Positions 7,715 to 17,438 are shown, numbered from the stretch's first letter. The stretch: DNA of 64,000 bases from Candidatus Dormiibacterota bacterium (GCA_035533275.1 DATLUD010000008.1:123198-187197), one strand, 5' to 3'. The notes: generated from the letters alone by a model not told the origin. Numbers and translations are program-made.

Positions 7715-9031
7715 TCAGAGCGTTGCGTCCAACACCTCCGCGATGTGGCGCACGTCCACGTTCATGCCGCGTTCGGCGACGCCGCGGCGCAGGTGGAGCA
7801 GGCAGCCCGGGTTGCCGGTGACCACCACGCGCGCGCCGGTCGCCTCGACGCGCTCCAGCTTCTGCCGCAGGAGCTCGTTCGCGATCTCCGGATGCGTCAG
7901 GTTGTAGACTCCCGCGCTGCCGCAGCATTGGTCGTCGCCGAGCTCGCGATAGCCGGCGCCGGCGCATTCCTTCAGCAGACCGCGCGGCTCCTTGCGGATT
8001 CGCTGCGCATGGGCCAAATGGCACGCGTCCTGATAGGTCACCGTGGCATCGAGGGTCCGCCGCGAGGAGACCCCCCGGGCGGCGACGGCTTGGCTGATGT
8101 CGAGCACGCTCGCGCCGAAGCGCTCGGCCCGGTCGTGCCACGGGTCGTCGTGCTCGAAGAGATGCGCGTACTCCTTCAGCTGCGCCCCGCATCCCGCACT
8201 ATTCGAGATGTAATACTCCGCTCCGCTGCGCTCGAAGGCCACGATCAGCTCCTGGGCCATCCGCTTCGCCGCCTGCCGCTCCCCGGCGTGGACGTTGAGC
8301 GCGCCGCAGCAGCCATCATAGGGGGCGACCACCGTGTAACCGGCCTTGCGGAGGACCGACTCCGTCGCACGGTTGAGGTGCGGCATCATCGCTTCCATGA
8401 TGCACCCGGTCAACGCCATGACCTTGGGTCCCGCGTCGGGCGCGGCGCCGTGCGGAGCAGGCGGCGACGCCGCCTCGGCTTGAGGTCGAACGGGAATCGG
8501 AGCCGCCGGCCGCGGGAGCGAGGCCTCCCAGCCCCGCGCGCCGCGCGGAAGCAGGCGCGCGAGGAGGCGCAGCGGCGACCCCGCGTACCAGCGCGGAAAG
8601 GCGAAGACCGCTCGCGTGAGCCATGGCCGCGGCAGGATCGCGCGGTTGAGAAGCCAGCGCATCAGACGCCACCGCCCGGGCGTGAGCCCGGCGGCCTCCA
8701 CCTGCGCGCGACCGGCCTCGACGAGCGAGCCGTACGGAACGCCCGACGGGCACGCGGTCTCGCACGCACGGCAATCGAGGCACACGTACAAGTGGTGGGC
8801 GATCAGCTCCGAGAGGGGCATCTGCTCCTCGTTCACCTGGCGCATCATGAAGACGCGCCCACGCGGCGAGTCCATCTCCGCTCCGAGTACGCGGTAGGTC
8901 GGGCATGCATTGAGGCAAAGGCCGCAATGCGTGCAGGTGTTCAGGCCCTGCGTGCTCGGCGCCGCTATGCCCCGGAGGTAGCCTGTGCCCCCAGAGAGGG
9001 TACTCCCCTGATCCAACGTCTCGCCCGACAT
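7715..9031 (-). CDS. glcF: Glycolate oxidase iron-sulfur subunit
   Basis: ORF 7715..9031. Two 4Fe-4S motifs (CTHCGLCLNACP and CLDCRACETACP) plus C-terminal CCG repeats. Confidence 0.9.
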   Translation of the reverse strand: MSGETLDQGSTLSGGTGYLRGIAAPSTQGLNTCTHCGLCLNACPTYRVLGAEMDSPRGRVFMMRQVNEEQMPLSELIAHHLYVCLDCRACETACPSGVPYGSLVEAGRAQVEAAGLTPGRWRLMRWLLNRAILPRPWLTRAVFAFPRWYAGSPLRLLARLLPRGARGWEASLPRPAAPIPVRPQAEAASPPAPHGAAPDAGPKVMALTGCIMEAMMPHLNRATESVLRKAGYTVVAPYDGCCGALNVHAGERQAAKRMAQELIVAFERSGAEYYISNSAGCGAQLKEYAHLFEHDDPWHDRAERFGASVLDISQAVAARGVSSRRTLDATVTYQDACHLAHAQRIRKEPRGLLKECAGAGYRELGDDQCCGSAGVYNLTHPEIANELLRQKLERVEATGARVVVTGNPGCLLHLRRGVAERGMNVDVRHIAEVLDATL

Positions 9032-9034
9032 TCG

Positions 9035-10186
9035 CTATCCTTCTTCCGTATGCTGATCGTAGACGGTGCGCCCCGCGTTGCAGCGCAGATCTGGATCGAG
9101 CGCACGCTTGAGCATGCCGAAGATCCGCGATCCGCCCTCGTCGCGTGCCCGCCACCACCCGAAGCCGGCGCGCAGGTGCGCGCCGCCGAGGCGCAAGTGC
9201 ACGTGGCCGCCGCGCTCCGCGACGACGGCGGCGAAGCCGCCGAGCGCCTCGGAGTCCGCCTCCGGTCCGTAGACCTCGACGATTCCGATGCTGGGGCGCG
9301 CGATGACCTCGACGCCCGCCGGCAGCGCGTCGAGCAGCGCCAGGCTCGCCGCGCGCGGCACGCCGGCGCGCATCCATGCCCCGGCCCGCGAGGGGCGGGC
9401 CGCCTGCGCCTCGATCGCCCCGGCGTCGGTCTCATCGGCATGCAAACCGGCGGACGATGCCGCCGACGCGAGCTCGCGGCCGAGGCGGTCCACCACCTCG
9501 ATCTCGCCGTGGGCGAGGGCGCCGAGGTGCCACGCTTGGCCGCCGGTCGTGCCTGCCAGGTCGAGCGCCGCGAACGGAAGCTCCCGGCTGCGCAACGACG
9601 TCGCCGCCTCGCGCAGCGCCGCCGTGGGGCCCTCGATGCGCCATGCCCGCACGACGGGCGGAAGCGGTTGGACTTTGAACGTCGCTTCGACGAGCATCCC
9701 GAAGGCGCCCGCGCTGCCCACGTACGCCTTGGTGAGGTCGTAGCCGGCGACGTTCTTCACCACGTCGCCGCCGAAACGCGCGACGGAGCCGTTGGGCAGG
9801 GCCACGCGCACGCCGATGAGCGCGTCGCGCACGCCCCCGTAGCGCGCCCGCACGGGTCCGTTGTCGTTGGCGGCGATGACGCCGCCAACGCTGCCCGCCG
9901 GGTGCGGATCCAGCGGAAGCCACTGGCCGTGCTCGCCCAACGCGCGCTGGACTTCCTCCAGCGGCGTCCCGGCGCGCACGCAGACCGTGAGGTCGGCGGG
10001 CGTGTAACGGACGATGCCCGTAAGCGCCGACGACGAGATCGCCGTCCGCGCCTCGCGCGCGGGCGGGAACCACGTCTCGCGCGATCCGCCGCCGAGAATC
10101 GCCGCGTTGCCCGTGCTCGCGGCCTCGTGCAGGGCTTGCGCCGCCTCTTCGTATGTGACGGGACAGGAGGGTTCCATCACGCTCAT
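9035..10186 (-). CDS. glcE: Glycolate oxidase FAD-binding subunit
   Basis: Inner start MSVMEP of ORF 9035..10273. Its ATG overlaps the glcD stop (TGATG). FAD_binding_4-like VKNVAGYDL motif. Confidence 0.85.
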   Translation of the reverse strand: MSVMEPSCPVTYEEAAQALHEAASTGNAAILGGGSRETWFPPAREARTAISSSALTGIVRYTPADLTVCVRAGTPLEEVQRALGEHGQWLPLDPHPAGSVGGVIAANDNGPVRARYGGVRDALIGVRVALPNGSVARFGGDVVKNVAGYDLTKAYVGSAGAFGMLVEATFKVQPLPPVVRAWRIEGPTAALREAATSLRSRELPFAALDLAGTTGGQAWHLGALAHGEIEVVDRLGRELASAASSAGLHADETDAGAIEAQAARPSRAGAWMRAGVPRAASLALLDALPAGVEVIARPSIGIVEVYGPEADSEALGGFAAVVAERGGHVHLRLGGAHLRAGFGWWRARDEGGSRIFGMLKRALDPDLRCNAGRTVYDQHTEEG

Positions 10187-11661
10187 CAGTACGCGTCTCC
10201 CGCGGCCGCGGCTTGATGGGCCATCTCCTGCATCTGCGCGAGCGTCTTCTGGCGCTTCCCGCCTTCGGCGCACCCCAGCCCGCTGGGGAGCACCTTGTAG
10301 GGGTTGAGCGTACGCTCGGGATCGCAGGCCTCGCGCAGCGCGTGGAACGCCTCCATGGTGGCGGGGGGAAACTGCAGGGCCATGTAGTCGCGCTTCTCCA
10401 TGCCGACGCCGTGCTCGCCGGTGATGCTGCCGCCGAGCTCGATGCAGGCGCGCAGGATCTCCTCGCCCGCCGCGATCGCACGTTTGGTCTGATCGGGGTC
10501 CCGCTCGTCGAAGAGGATCAGCGGATGCAGGTTGCCGTCGCCGGCGTGAAAGACGTTGGCCACGCGCAATCCCACCTTACGCGCCGCCTCCTCGACGCGG
10601 TCGAGCATCTCCGGCAAGCGCGTGCGGGGAATGACGCCGTCTTGCACGTAGTACGAGGGCCCGATGCGCCCCATCGCGCCGAAGGCCTTCTTGCGCCCTT
10701 TCCACAAGGCTTCGCGCTCCTCGTCGTTCTTGGCCAGGCGCACCTCGGTGGCCCCGCTCTCGCGGCAGATGCCGAGGACGCGCTGCGCGGCGCGATCGAT
10801 GCCGTCCTCCAATCCCTCCAGCTCCAGGAGCAAGACGGCGCCGGCGTCCACCGGGTAGCCCGCATGTGAGAACGCCTCGATGGCGCCGAGCGCGGGGTGA
10901 TCCATCATCTCCATCGCCGTAGGGATGATGCCGGAAGAGATCACGGCGCTCACCGCTTCGCTCGCGGCGCGGCACGACTCGAAGGCCACCATCAGCGTGC
11001 GCACCGTCTCCCACGTGCGCACGATGCGGCAGAGTATCTCCGTGACGATGCCGATGGTTCCCTCGCTTCCGCACATCACGCCGACGAGGTCGGGCCCCGG
11101 CGGATCGGGGGCGGGCGATCCGATGCGCACCCGCTCGCCGTCGGCGAGGACCACCTCGAGCGCCAGCACGTGATTCGTGGTGACGCCGCCGGTGAGCGTG
11201 TGCGGGCCGCCGCTGTTCTCCGCCACGTTGCCGCCGATGGTGCAGGCCCCTTGGCTCGAGGGGTCCGGCACGTATTGAAAGCCGAACGGAGCGAGGTGCT
11301 TGGAGAGGTCGAGGTTCACGAGGCCGGGCTGGACCGTGGCCGTGGCGTTCTCCAGATCGACGGCGAGGATCGCCTTCATCCTGGCGCTGGAGAGCACGAT
11401 CCCTCCGCACAGGGGAATCGAGCCCCCCGAGAGCCCGGTTCCCGCTCCGCGCGGCGTGACGTGCACGCCTTCGTCGTGACAGAGGCGCACCACGCGCGAG
11501 ATTTGCGCCGCGTCACGCGGGAGCACCACGGCGATCGGCAGCGCGCGGTCGATCGAGCCGTCGTACATGTAGAGACGAAGCTGCTGCGGGTCGGCCAGCA
11601 CGTCGGCGTCTCCCGCCACGGCGCGGAGTCGCTCGATGAACGCTGCGGATGACTCGGTCAC
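10186..11661 (-). CDS. glcD: Glycolate oxidase subunit GlcD (FAD-linked oxidase)
   Basis: ORF 10186..11700. I prefer the GTG at 11661 (VTESSAAFIERL) because GGAGGGA sits 7 nt upstream; GTG/ATG at 11700/11697 are alternatives. RGAGTGLSGG, PDPSS and HAGDGNLHP motifs are present. Confidence 0.9.
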   Translation of the reverse strand: MTESSAAFIERLRAVAGDADVLADPQQLRLYMYDGSIDRALPIAVVLPRDAAQISRVVRLCHDEGVHVTPRGAGTGLSGGSIPLCGGIVLSSARMKAILAVDLENATATVQPGLVNLDLSKHLAPFGFQYVPDPSSQGACTIGGNVAENSGGPHTLTGGVTTNHVLALEVVLADGERVRIGSPAPDPPGPDLVGVMCGSEGTIGIVTEILCRIVRTWETVRTLMVAFESCRAASEAVSAVISSGIIPTAMEMMDHPALGAIEAFSHAGYPVDAGAVLLLELEGLEDGIDRAAQRVLGICRESGATEVRLAKNDEEREALWKGRKKAFGAMGRIGPSYYVQDGVIPRTRLPEMLDRVEEAARKVGLRVANVFHAGDGNLHPLILFDERDPDQTKRAIAAGEEILRACIELGGSITGEHGVGMEKRDYMALQFPPATMEAFHALREACDPERTLNPYKVLPSGLGCAEGGKRQKTLAQMQEMAHQAAAAGDAY

Positions 11662-11857
11662 GGGGGGTCCCTCCAGGGTGGTCGTTTCGACGCGCATCAC
11701 TCAACTCGTTTGCACGATACGCAGAAGATTCCCGCCTGAGGGAGTTTTCGTCCTCGCTCGCCTTGGCCGTCGGCGCGGTCACGCGCACGCCGAAGAGGGC
11801 TCGCGGATACCGCGCGCCCTTCAATCGTGACCTGGGCCGACGCCCGAGGTTATCCCG

Positions 11858-11889
11858 CAGGCGGGGGCTTCCCCCAAAGCCCCCGCCTG
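11858..11889 (-). terminator. Stem-loop terminator after the small gene 11900..12160
   Basis: Perfect 12-bp stem caggcgggggct / agcccccgcctg with an 8-nt loop, 11 nt after the stop. There is no U-tract, which may be usual in high-GC genomes. Confidence 0.5.
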
Positions 11890-11899
11890 GGAATGTGGG

Positions 11900-12160
11900 T
11901 TAGGAGCGCTGCGACGGCTCGCTGCGCCGCTGGTCGTCCTCGGCTTCGCTGACGGCCACCTCGAGCACGGAGGCCAAGGCCTCGGCGAACTCGAGATGAT
12001 GGTCGGCCATGGCCGCGCGCGCCTGCTGGATGACCTGCTCGAAGCCGATGCGCCGATCGCTCGGCAACGAGACCACGCGAGTTGAGATCCCCCGCAGGGA
12101 CTCCATGACGACCTTGCCGGCTACCCTCGGATCGAACGGCTCCCGATCCCTGAACAGCAT
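11900..12160 (-). CDS. Hypothetical small protein (86 aa)
   Basis: ORF 11900..12175. The second ATG (12160, MLFRDREPF) is preceded by GGGAGGG 6 nt upstream. I recognise no family. Confidence 0.5.
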   Translation of the reverse strand: MLFRDREPFDPRVAGKVVMESLRGISTRVVSLPSDRRIGFEQVIQQARAAMADHHLEFAEALASVLEVAVSEAEDDQRRSEPSQRS

Positions 12161-12321
12161 AGGCTGCCCTCCCATGTCCAGGATAGGCGAGCGAGCGCGG
12201 TGCCGGCATCGGGGAAACCACCTAACTTTTTCGCCGAGATGCGGCGGTAAGGTCTACTCCACGACCCAACCAGCCACCCTGCCGGCCGGTCTCGACCGCG
12301 GCGAAGTGTAGGCGGCGCCGC

Positions 12322-12687
12322 ATGTGGAATAAGCAGGGCGACGTGGACGTTCGTCTGGTGCAACTCCTCTCCAGCTACATCGAGACCGCCGGCGAGTACG
12401 CGCTGGCACGCCTCGAGCTGGCCATCGCCCAGCCGCGCGCGGCGCTGCCGCCGCATCTCCCGCGTCCCTCGGGGGCGTCGGAGGCTGCGTTGCGCGGCGA
12501 CTGGCCGGCCAGCGAGCGCGCACTCGAGGCGGCGGTGGAGTATCTGCGGCGTGTCGGTCGCGGGCGGCTCGACGTCGATCGCAAGCACGCGGCGTACGGA
12601 TGGGTGGAGCGGTGCATTCGCGAGCTCGACCAATACGGGCGGTGCATACGTTGGGTGTTGACGGTGAGCGAGCGCGAGCGCCCGTGA
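12322..12687 (+). CDS. Hypothetical protein (121 aa)
   Basis: ORF 12322..12687. Third-codon positions are almost all G/C, as in the confirmed genes. The SD is weak. I recognise no family. Confidence 0.5.
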   Translation: MWNKQGDVDVRLVQLLSSYIETAGEYALARLELAIAQPRAALPPHLPRPSGASEAALRGDWPASERALEAAVEYLRRVGRGRLDVDRKHAAYGWVERCIRELDQYGRCIRWVLTVSERERP

Positions 12688-12703
12688 GCCGAGGAGGAGT
12701 CCG

Positions 12704-13054
12704 ATGGACCTGTTGAATCAGATGATGGGGCGCGCCGATGAGCTGCAGCGCTCGCTGCAGAAGGCCATCGATCAGAAGCAGGGCGAGTGGAAGCCGCACG
12801 TGGAGGCCGCGCTCCAGGGCGCGCAGTCCATGCGGGACAAGCTCCAAGAGCAGATCGATCAGGGGGCGACTACGCTCGGCTCGGGCGCGAAGGAGGCGCT
12901 GGGGCATCTCGACGAGATGGTGCGGATCGGTCGCGAGACGCTGGACGCCTCGGCCGACCAGGCCCGCGCGCGGATGCCGCAGATGATGGAACACGCCAAG
13001 CGCACCGGCGAGTCCGTGAAGAACACGCTCGAGGGCCTCTTCAAGAAGGAGTAG
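12704..13054 (+). CDS. Hypothetical alpha-helical / coiled-coil protein (116 aa), apolipoprotein- or phasin-like composition
   Basis: ORF 12704..13054. Strong SD GAGGAGGAG 4 nt upstream. Q/K/E/A-rich amphipathic sequence MDLLNQMMGRADELQRSLQKAIDQKQ. Confidence 0.6.
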   Translation: MDLLNQMMGRADELQRSLQKAIDQKQGEWKPHVEAALQGAQSMRDKLQEQIDQGATTLGSGAKEALGHLDEMVRIGRETLDASADQARARMPQMMEHAKRTGESVKNTLEGLFKKE

Positions 13055-13064
13055 ACGCGCCCGC

Positions 13065-16000
13065 TCAGGCGACGATGCCCTCGAGCGGGCGCTCCGGAAT
13101 CTCCTCCGGATTCTCCACGGCCACCGGCTCGACCAGCCAGAAGGCACCCGCCGATGCGGGCCACGCGCGCAGCAGCGTCCGCGCCACCTCGCCGTCCGTC
13201 CGCTCGGCGTGCTCTTCGAGCAGGGTGCGCACGCGCTCGATGCGGCGCGGGTCGCCCAGGCGCGTCGCCCGCACCGCGGTCCCCGCGAAGCGCGCCGGGA
13301 AAGCACCCTCCGCATCGAGGACGTACGCGACGCCGCCGGTCATCCCGCTGGCGAAGTTGCGTCCCGTCGGCCCGAGGATCAGAACCTCGCCGCCCGTCAT
13401 GTACTCGCAGCCGTGGTCGCCCACGCCGCCGACCACCAGCGTCGCCCCCGAGTTGCGCACGGCAAAGCGCTCGCCGGCGGTGCCGCGCAGGAACGCGCGC
13501 CCGCCCGTCGCGCCGTAGAAGCAGGCGTTCCCCGCGACCGGCTGCCACGGCGCCTGCCACGGCGGAGCGATGACGATCTCGCCGCCTGACATTCCCTTGC
13601 CCACATAGTCGTTGGCATCGCCCTCCAAGCGCAGCAAGAGGCCCGCCGCGAGGAAGGCGCCGAAGCTCTGCCCCGCCGAGCCGCGGAACGTCGCGCGCAC
13701 CGGCATCGGGAGGCCGCGCTCGCCGAACCGCTCCGCCACGAAGCCGCTGACGCGCGCCCCGACGGCCCGGTCGCCCGGGGTGATCGCCAGGGTGACGTAT
13801 GCCGCGGCGCGTCCGTCGATCGCCTGTGCCGCCTCCGCGAGCACCGCATCGTCGAGGTGCGCCCCGTGCGGCGGGAGCTCGATGGCCGGCGCCCCCGGCG
13901 CCGGCAAGCCCATCAGCTCCGAGAGGTCCACGCGGAGTCCAGGCTTCGCGCGCAGCAGGTCCGTGCGCCCGAGCAGATCGTTGAGCGAGCGCGCGCCGAG
14001 CGCGGCCAAGCGCCGCCGCACGTCGCGCGCCAAGAAACGCAGGAAGTTGGCGGCGTGCTCGGGCTTGCCGGGGAACTTCGCCCGCAGCTCCGCCTTCTGC
14101 GTAGCCACCCCCACGGGGCAGGTGTTGAGGTGGCACTGGCGCGCCATGATGCAGCCCAGCGCCACGAGCACCGTCGAGGCGACGCCGAACTCCTGCGCGC
14201 CCAGCAGGGCGCCGACGACCACGTCGCGCCCCGTCTTGATGCCGCCGTCGACGCGCAGCCGCGTGCGGCCGCGCAAGCCGTTCTCCACCAGCGTCCGGTG
14301 GCTCTCGAGCAGGCCGAGCTCCCACGGATTGCCCGCGTGCTTGATCGAGGCGAGCGGCGAGGCTCCCGTGCCGCCGTCGTGACCGGCCACGTGGATCACG
14401 TCGGCCAACGCCTTGGCCACGCCAGCCGCGACCGCGCCGATGCCCGTCTGAGAGACGAGCTTCACCGAGATCCGCGCACGCGGGTTGACGCGGCGCAGAT
14501 CGTAGATGAGCTGCGCGAGGTCCTCGATCGAGTAGATGTCGTGGTGCGGCGGCGGCGAGATGAGCTGCTGCCCCGGCTGCGCGCGGCGCAGCGAGGCGAT
14601 CTCCACCGTGACCTTCTCGCCGGGGATCTGACCGCCCTCACCAGGCTTGGCGCCCTGGGCGATCTTGATCTCCAGCTCTTCGGCCGTGGCCAGATACTCC
14701 GCCGTCACGCCGAAGCGCGCGCTGGCTACCTGGCGCACCGCGGCGTAGGGAGCGCCGGGCGAGCGGTCCCGGAAGCGGCGCGGATCCTCGCCGCCCTCAC
14801 CTGCGTTGGAACGCGCTCCGGCCAGCGTCGCCCCCGCGGCCACCGCCGCGTGGGCCTCCGGCGAGAGCGAGCCGAGCGACATCGCCGACGTGGTGAAGCG
14901 CGCGATGATCGACTCCTCGCTCTCCACCGACTCCAGCGGCAACGCCGGCCCCATCGGCACGAGATCGAAGAGGTCGCGCACCGTGCGCGGCTCGCGCTGC
15001 TCCATGGAATCGGAGAGCTGCTCGTAGGCCGCGTAGTCGCCCGAAAGGGCGCTCGCGCGCACGTTCTTGATGACCGCGGGCTCGTAGGCGCGCTTGAGCC
15101 CCTCGCGGCGGAAGCGGAAGCTTCCGCGGTCCTCGAGCGCGGGAGCGTCGGCGCGCGCAGCCTCGCGGAATGCGCGCAGGTCCTGCTCGAGCTCGTCGAA
15201 GCCCACCGCGGGCAGGCGGCACGCCGCAGCTGGGAAGCACGACTCCACGACTTCGCGCGCCAGGCCGATGGTGTCGAAGGCCTGTCCACCCACGTACGAG
15301 CGCAGCGTGCAGATGCCCAGCTTGGCCAGCACCTTCTTCACGCCCATCACCATGGCGTCGGCGAGCCGGACCTCGTCGAGACCCTCGGAGCGGACCGTGC
15401 GCATGGCGAGCCACGGACAGACGACGTCGGCGCCCGCGGCCAGCAGCATCGCCACCGAGTGCGCGTCGAACGCCATGCCGTCGGTCGTCGCCAGCGAGCA
15501 GCGCAGGCGGAGCCCCTCCTGCACGAGCCGAGCGTTGGCGGCGCCCACGGCCAGCAGCGCGGGCACCTCGAACTCGCCCTCCGTGGTGTACCGATCGTCG
15601 AAGACCACCAGCGTGGCGCCAGCGCGCGCGAGCTTCATCGCGCGCTCCACCACGTCGGTCAACGCCTCGCGCAGGGTGCGCGCCTGGGAGCCCAGACGCA
15701 CGGTGCGCGCCTGGAGGCGGCCGTCCACCAGCAGCGCCGCCAGTTCCGACTCGTGGACCACGGCGCGGTCGAGCACGACGAGGTTCGCCTCGTGGGCGCT
15801 GCCGTCGAAGCCGGGGCGCACGCCCACGAACGTCCGCGTGTCGCAGACGATCGCCTCGCGCAGCGGGTCGATCGGCGGATTCGTCACCTGGGCGAAGCGC
15901 TGCCTCAGATAACCATGCGGCCGCTGCCGCCGCGAAAGGAAGGCCAGCGCGGCGTCGTCGCCCATGGAGAAGACGGCCTCGCTGCCCGAGCGCGCCGCCG

Positions 16001-17300
16001 GCAGCAGCACGTCCTTGTGATCTTCCTGCGACCAGCCGAAGCGGACCTGCGCGCGGCGCAGCGCCTCTTCCTCGCTCTTCTGCGAGCTGCGCTCGCCGCC
16101 GACGAACCGCCAGAGGTGCGCCACGTGACCGCCGGCCTGTGCGCGGCGGCGCGCGCGGAACGCGCCGGGCTCGACCAGCTCGCCCGCGGCGAGGTCGATC
16201 ACGATGCGGTCCCCCGGACCCAGGCGGCCCCGGCGGACGATGCGCTCGGGTGCCACGTCGAGCACGCCGGTCTCCGACGCGCAGATCACGTAGCCGTCGC
16301 TGGTGACGCACCAGCGGGCAGGGCGGAAGCCGCTGCGGTCCAGCGCGGCGCCGACTTTCTCCCCGTCGGTGAAGGCGATGCACGCGGGACCGTCCCACGG
16401 CTCCACCACCGCGAGACGAGCGTCGTAGTAGGCGCGCAGCGCCAGGTCGTCGCGGTCGGGTGCGGGGGCCAGCAGCGCGTCGATCGCGTCGTCGACCGCC
16501 CAGCCCGCGCGGAGCATCGCCTCCAGGGCCTCGTCCACGTTGTAGCTGTCGGAGGCGGTGACGTCGACGCTCAGACCGCGGGCGCGCATCCAGGCGCGGT
16601 TGCCGCGCAGGGTGTTGATCTCGCCGTTGTGCGCGATGAAGCGGAACGGCTGGACCAGGCGCCACGTCGGAGCGGTGTTCGTCGAGAAACGCTGATGGAA
16701 GACCGCGTAGCGCGAGGCGTACGCGGGGTCGCGCAGGTCGGCGTAGTAGGATGCGAGATCCTCGGAGGAGAGCAGCGCCTTGTAGGTCACCAAGAGCGTC
16801 GACGAGGAGATGACCTCCGCGCCCTCGATCGAGCCGTGAATCGCGCGCATCCCGCGCTCGCCGGGCATGCCGGCGTCGACGAGGAGTTGCGCCACCGCCG
16901 GCGCCGCCGTCAGCGCGTGGGCACCCAGCACCCGGGCGTCGCGGGGGACGTCGCGCCAGCGCAGCGGGGTGATGCCCAGCGAGCGCGCCTTGGCCTCGAT
17001 CGCGCCGCGGGCCCCCGCGGCGGCGAACGGGTCGGCGGGCAGGAAGACCGCCACGACCCCGAGGCGCTCGGGGCTCCGCAGGTTGGCGGCGGCGAGCTCG
17101 CGCCCGAAGAACGACGCGCAGAGCTCGAGCGTGATGCCCGCGCCGTCGCCGGTGCGGCCATCGGCGGCTCGGGCGCCGCGGTGGGCCATCGCCGCAGCGG
17201 CGCGCAAGGCGAGCTCGACCACTTCGTGGCTGGCGGCGCCGTCCAGACGGGAAAGAAAGCCGACGCCGCAGGCGTCGCGTTCCTGCGGATCTTGATGCAC
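13065..17300 (-). CDS. gltB: Glutamate synthase large subunit (GOGAT, 1411 aa)
   Basis: ORF 13065..17300. GTG start with GGAGG 6 nt upstream. Short propeptide then the Ntn catalytic Cys (ERDACGVGF). FMN, Fe-S and GXGXG domains are recognisable throughout. Confidence 0.95.
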   Translation of the reverse strand: MHQDPQERDACGVGFLSRLDGAASHEVVELALRAAAAMAHRGARAADGRTGDGAGITLELCASFFGRELAAANLRSPERLGVVAVFLPADPFAAAGARGAIEAKARSLGITPLRWRDVPRDARVLGAHALTAAPAVAQLLVDAGMPGERGMRAIHGSIEGAEVISSSTLLVTYKALLSSEDLASYYADLRDPAYASRYAVFHQRFSTNTAPTWRLVQPFRFIAHNGEINTLRGNRAWMRARGLSVDVTASDSYNVDEALEAMLRAGWAVDDAIDALLAPAPDRDDLALRAYYDARLAVVEPWDGPACIAFTDGEKVGAALDRSGFRPARWCVTSDGYVICASETGVLDVAPERIVRRGRLGPGDRIVIDLAAGELVEPGAFRARRRAQAGGHVAHLWRFVGGERSSQKSEEEALRRAQVRFGWSQEDHKDVLLPAARSGSEAVFSMGDDAALAFLSRRQRPHGYLRQRFAQVTNPPIDPLREAIVCDTRTFVGVRPGFDGSAHEANLVVLDRAVVHESELAALLVDGRLQARTVRLGSQARTLREALTDVVERAMKLARAGATLVVFDDRYTTEGEFEVPALLAVGAANARLVQEGLRLRCSLATTDGMAFDAHSVAMLLAAGADVVCPWLAMRTVRSEGLDEVRLADAMVMGVKKVLAKLGICTLRSYVGGQAFDTIGLAREVVESCFPAAACRLPAVGFDELEQDLRAFREAARADAPALEDRGSFRFRREGLKRAYEPAVIKNVRASALSGDYAAYEQLSDSMEQREPRTVRDLFDLVPMGPALPLESVESEESIIARFTTSAMSLGSLSPEAHAAVAAGATLAGARSNAGEGGEDPRRFRDRSPGAPYAAVRQVASARFGVTAEYLATAEELEIKIAQGAKPGEGGQIPGEKVTVEIASLRRAQPGQQLISPPPHHDIYSIEDLAQLIYDLRRVNPRARISVKLVSQTGIGAVAAGVAKALADVIHVAGHDGGTGASPLASIKHAGNPWELGLLESHRTLVENGLRGRTRLRVDGGIKTGRDVVVGALLGAQEFGVASTVLVALGCIMARQCHLNTCPVGVATQKAELRAKFPGKPEHAANFLRFLARDVRRRLAALGARSLNDLLGRTDLLRAKPGLRVDLSELMGLPAPGAPAIELPPHGAHLDDAVLAEAAQAIDGRAAAYVTLAITPGDRAVGARVSGFVAERFGERGLPMPVRATFRGSAGQSFGAFLAAGLLLRLEGDANDYVGKGMSGGEIVIAPPWQAPWQPVAGNACFYGATGGRAFLRGTAGERFAVRNSGATLVVGGVGDHGCEYMTGGEVLILGPTGRNFASGMTGGVAYVLDAEGAFPARFAGTAVRATRLGDPRRIERVRTLLEEHAERTDGEVARTLLRAWPASAGAFWLVEPVAVENPEEIPERPLEGIVA

Positions 17301-17438
17301 GAGGACCTCCGGTGGGCTTTCTTTTAGAGTTTAAAGAGTAAACCACCGTCCCGCATTCGACAGATGTAACAACGAAGGGGGCCGAATCGACGGTCCCCCC
17401 TTGCATTTGTCGTAATGACTCCCTCAAGAGGGGGAGCG

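Noticed and set aside
7478-10216. 912-aa + strand ORF across iclR/glcF/glcE, and the 13857..17327(+) and 14797..17427(-) giant ORFs across gltB
   Set aside because: Same reasoning. They are antisense or off-frame to unmistakable glcDEF and gltB coding sequence. They have no family motifs and show extreme Arg/Ala bias.
17301-17438. GlnR/TnrA-type nitrogen-regulator box (TGTNA-N7-TNACA or GTnAC-N6-GaAAC) in the gltB leader at TGTTACATCTGTCGAAT
   Set aside because: Only the first half-site matches. The second half-site (CGAAT) fits neither consensus. The match is too weak to call without a lineage-specific matrix.
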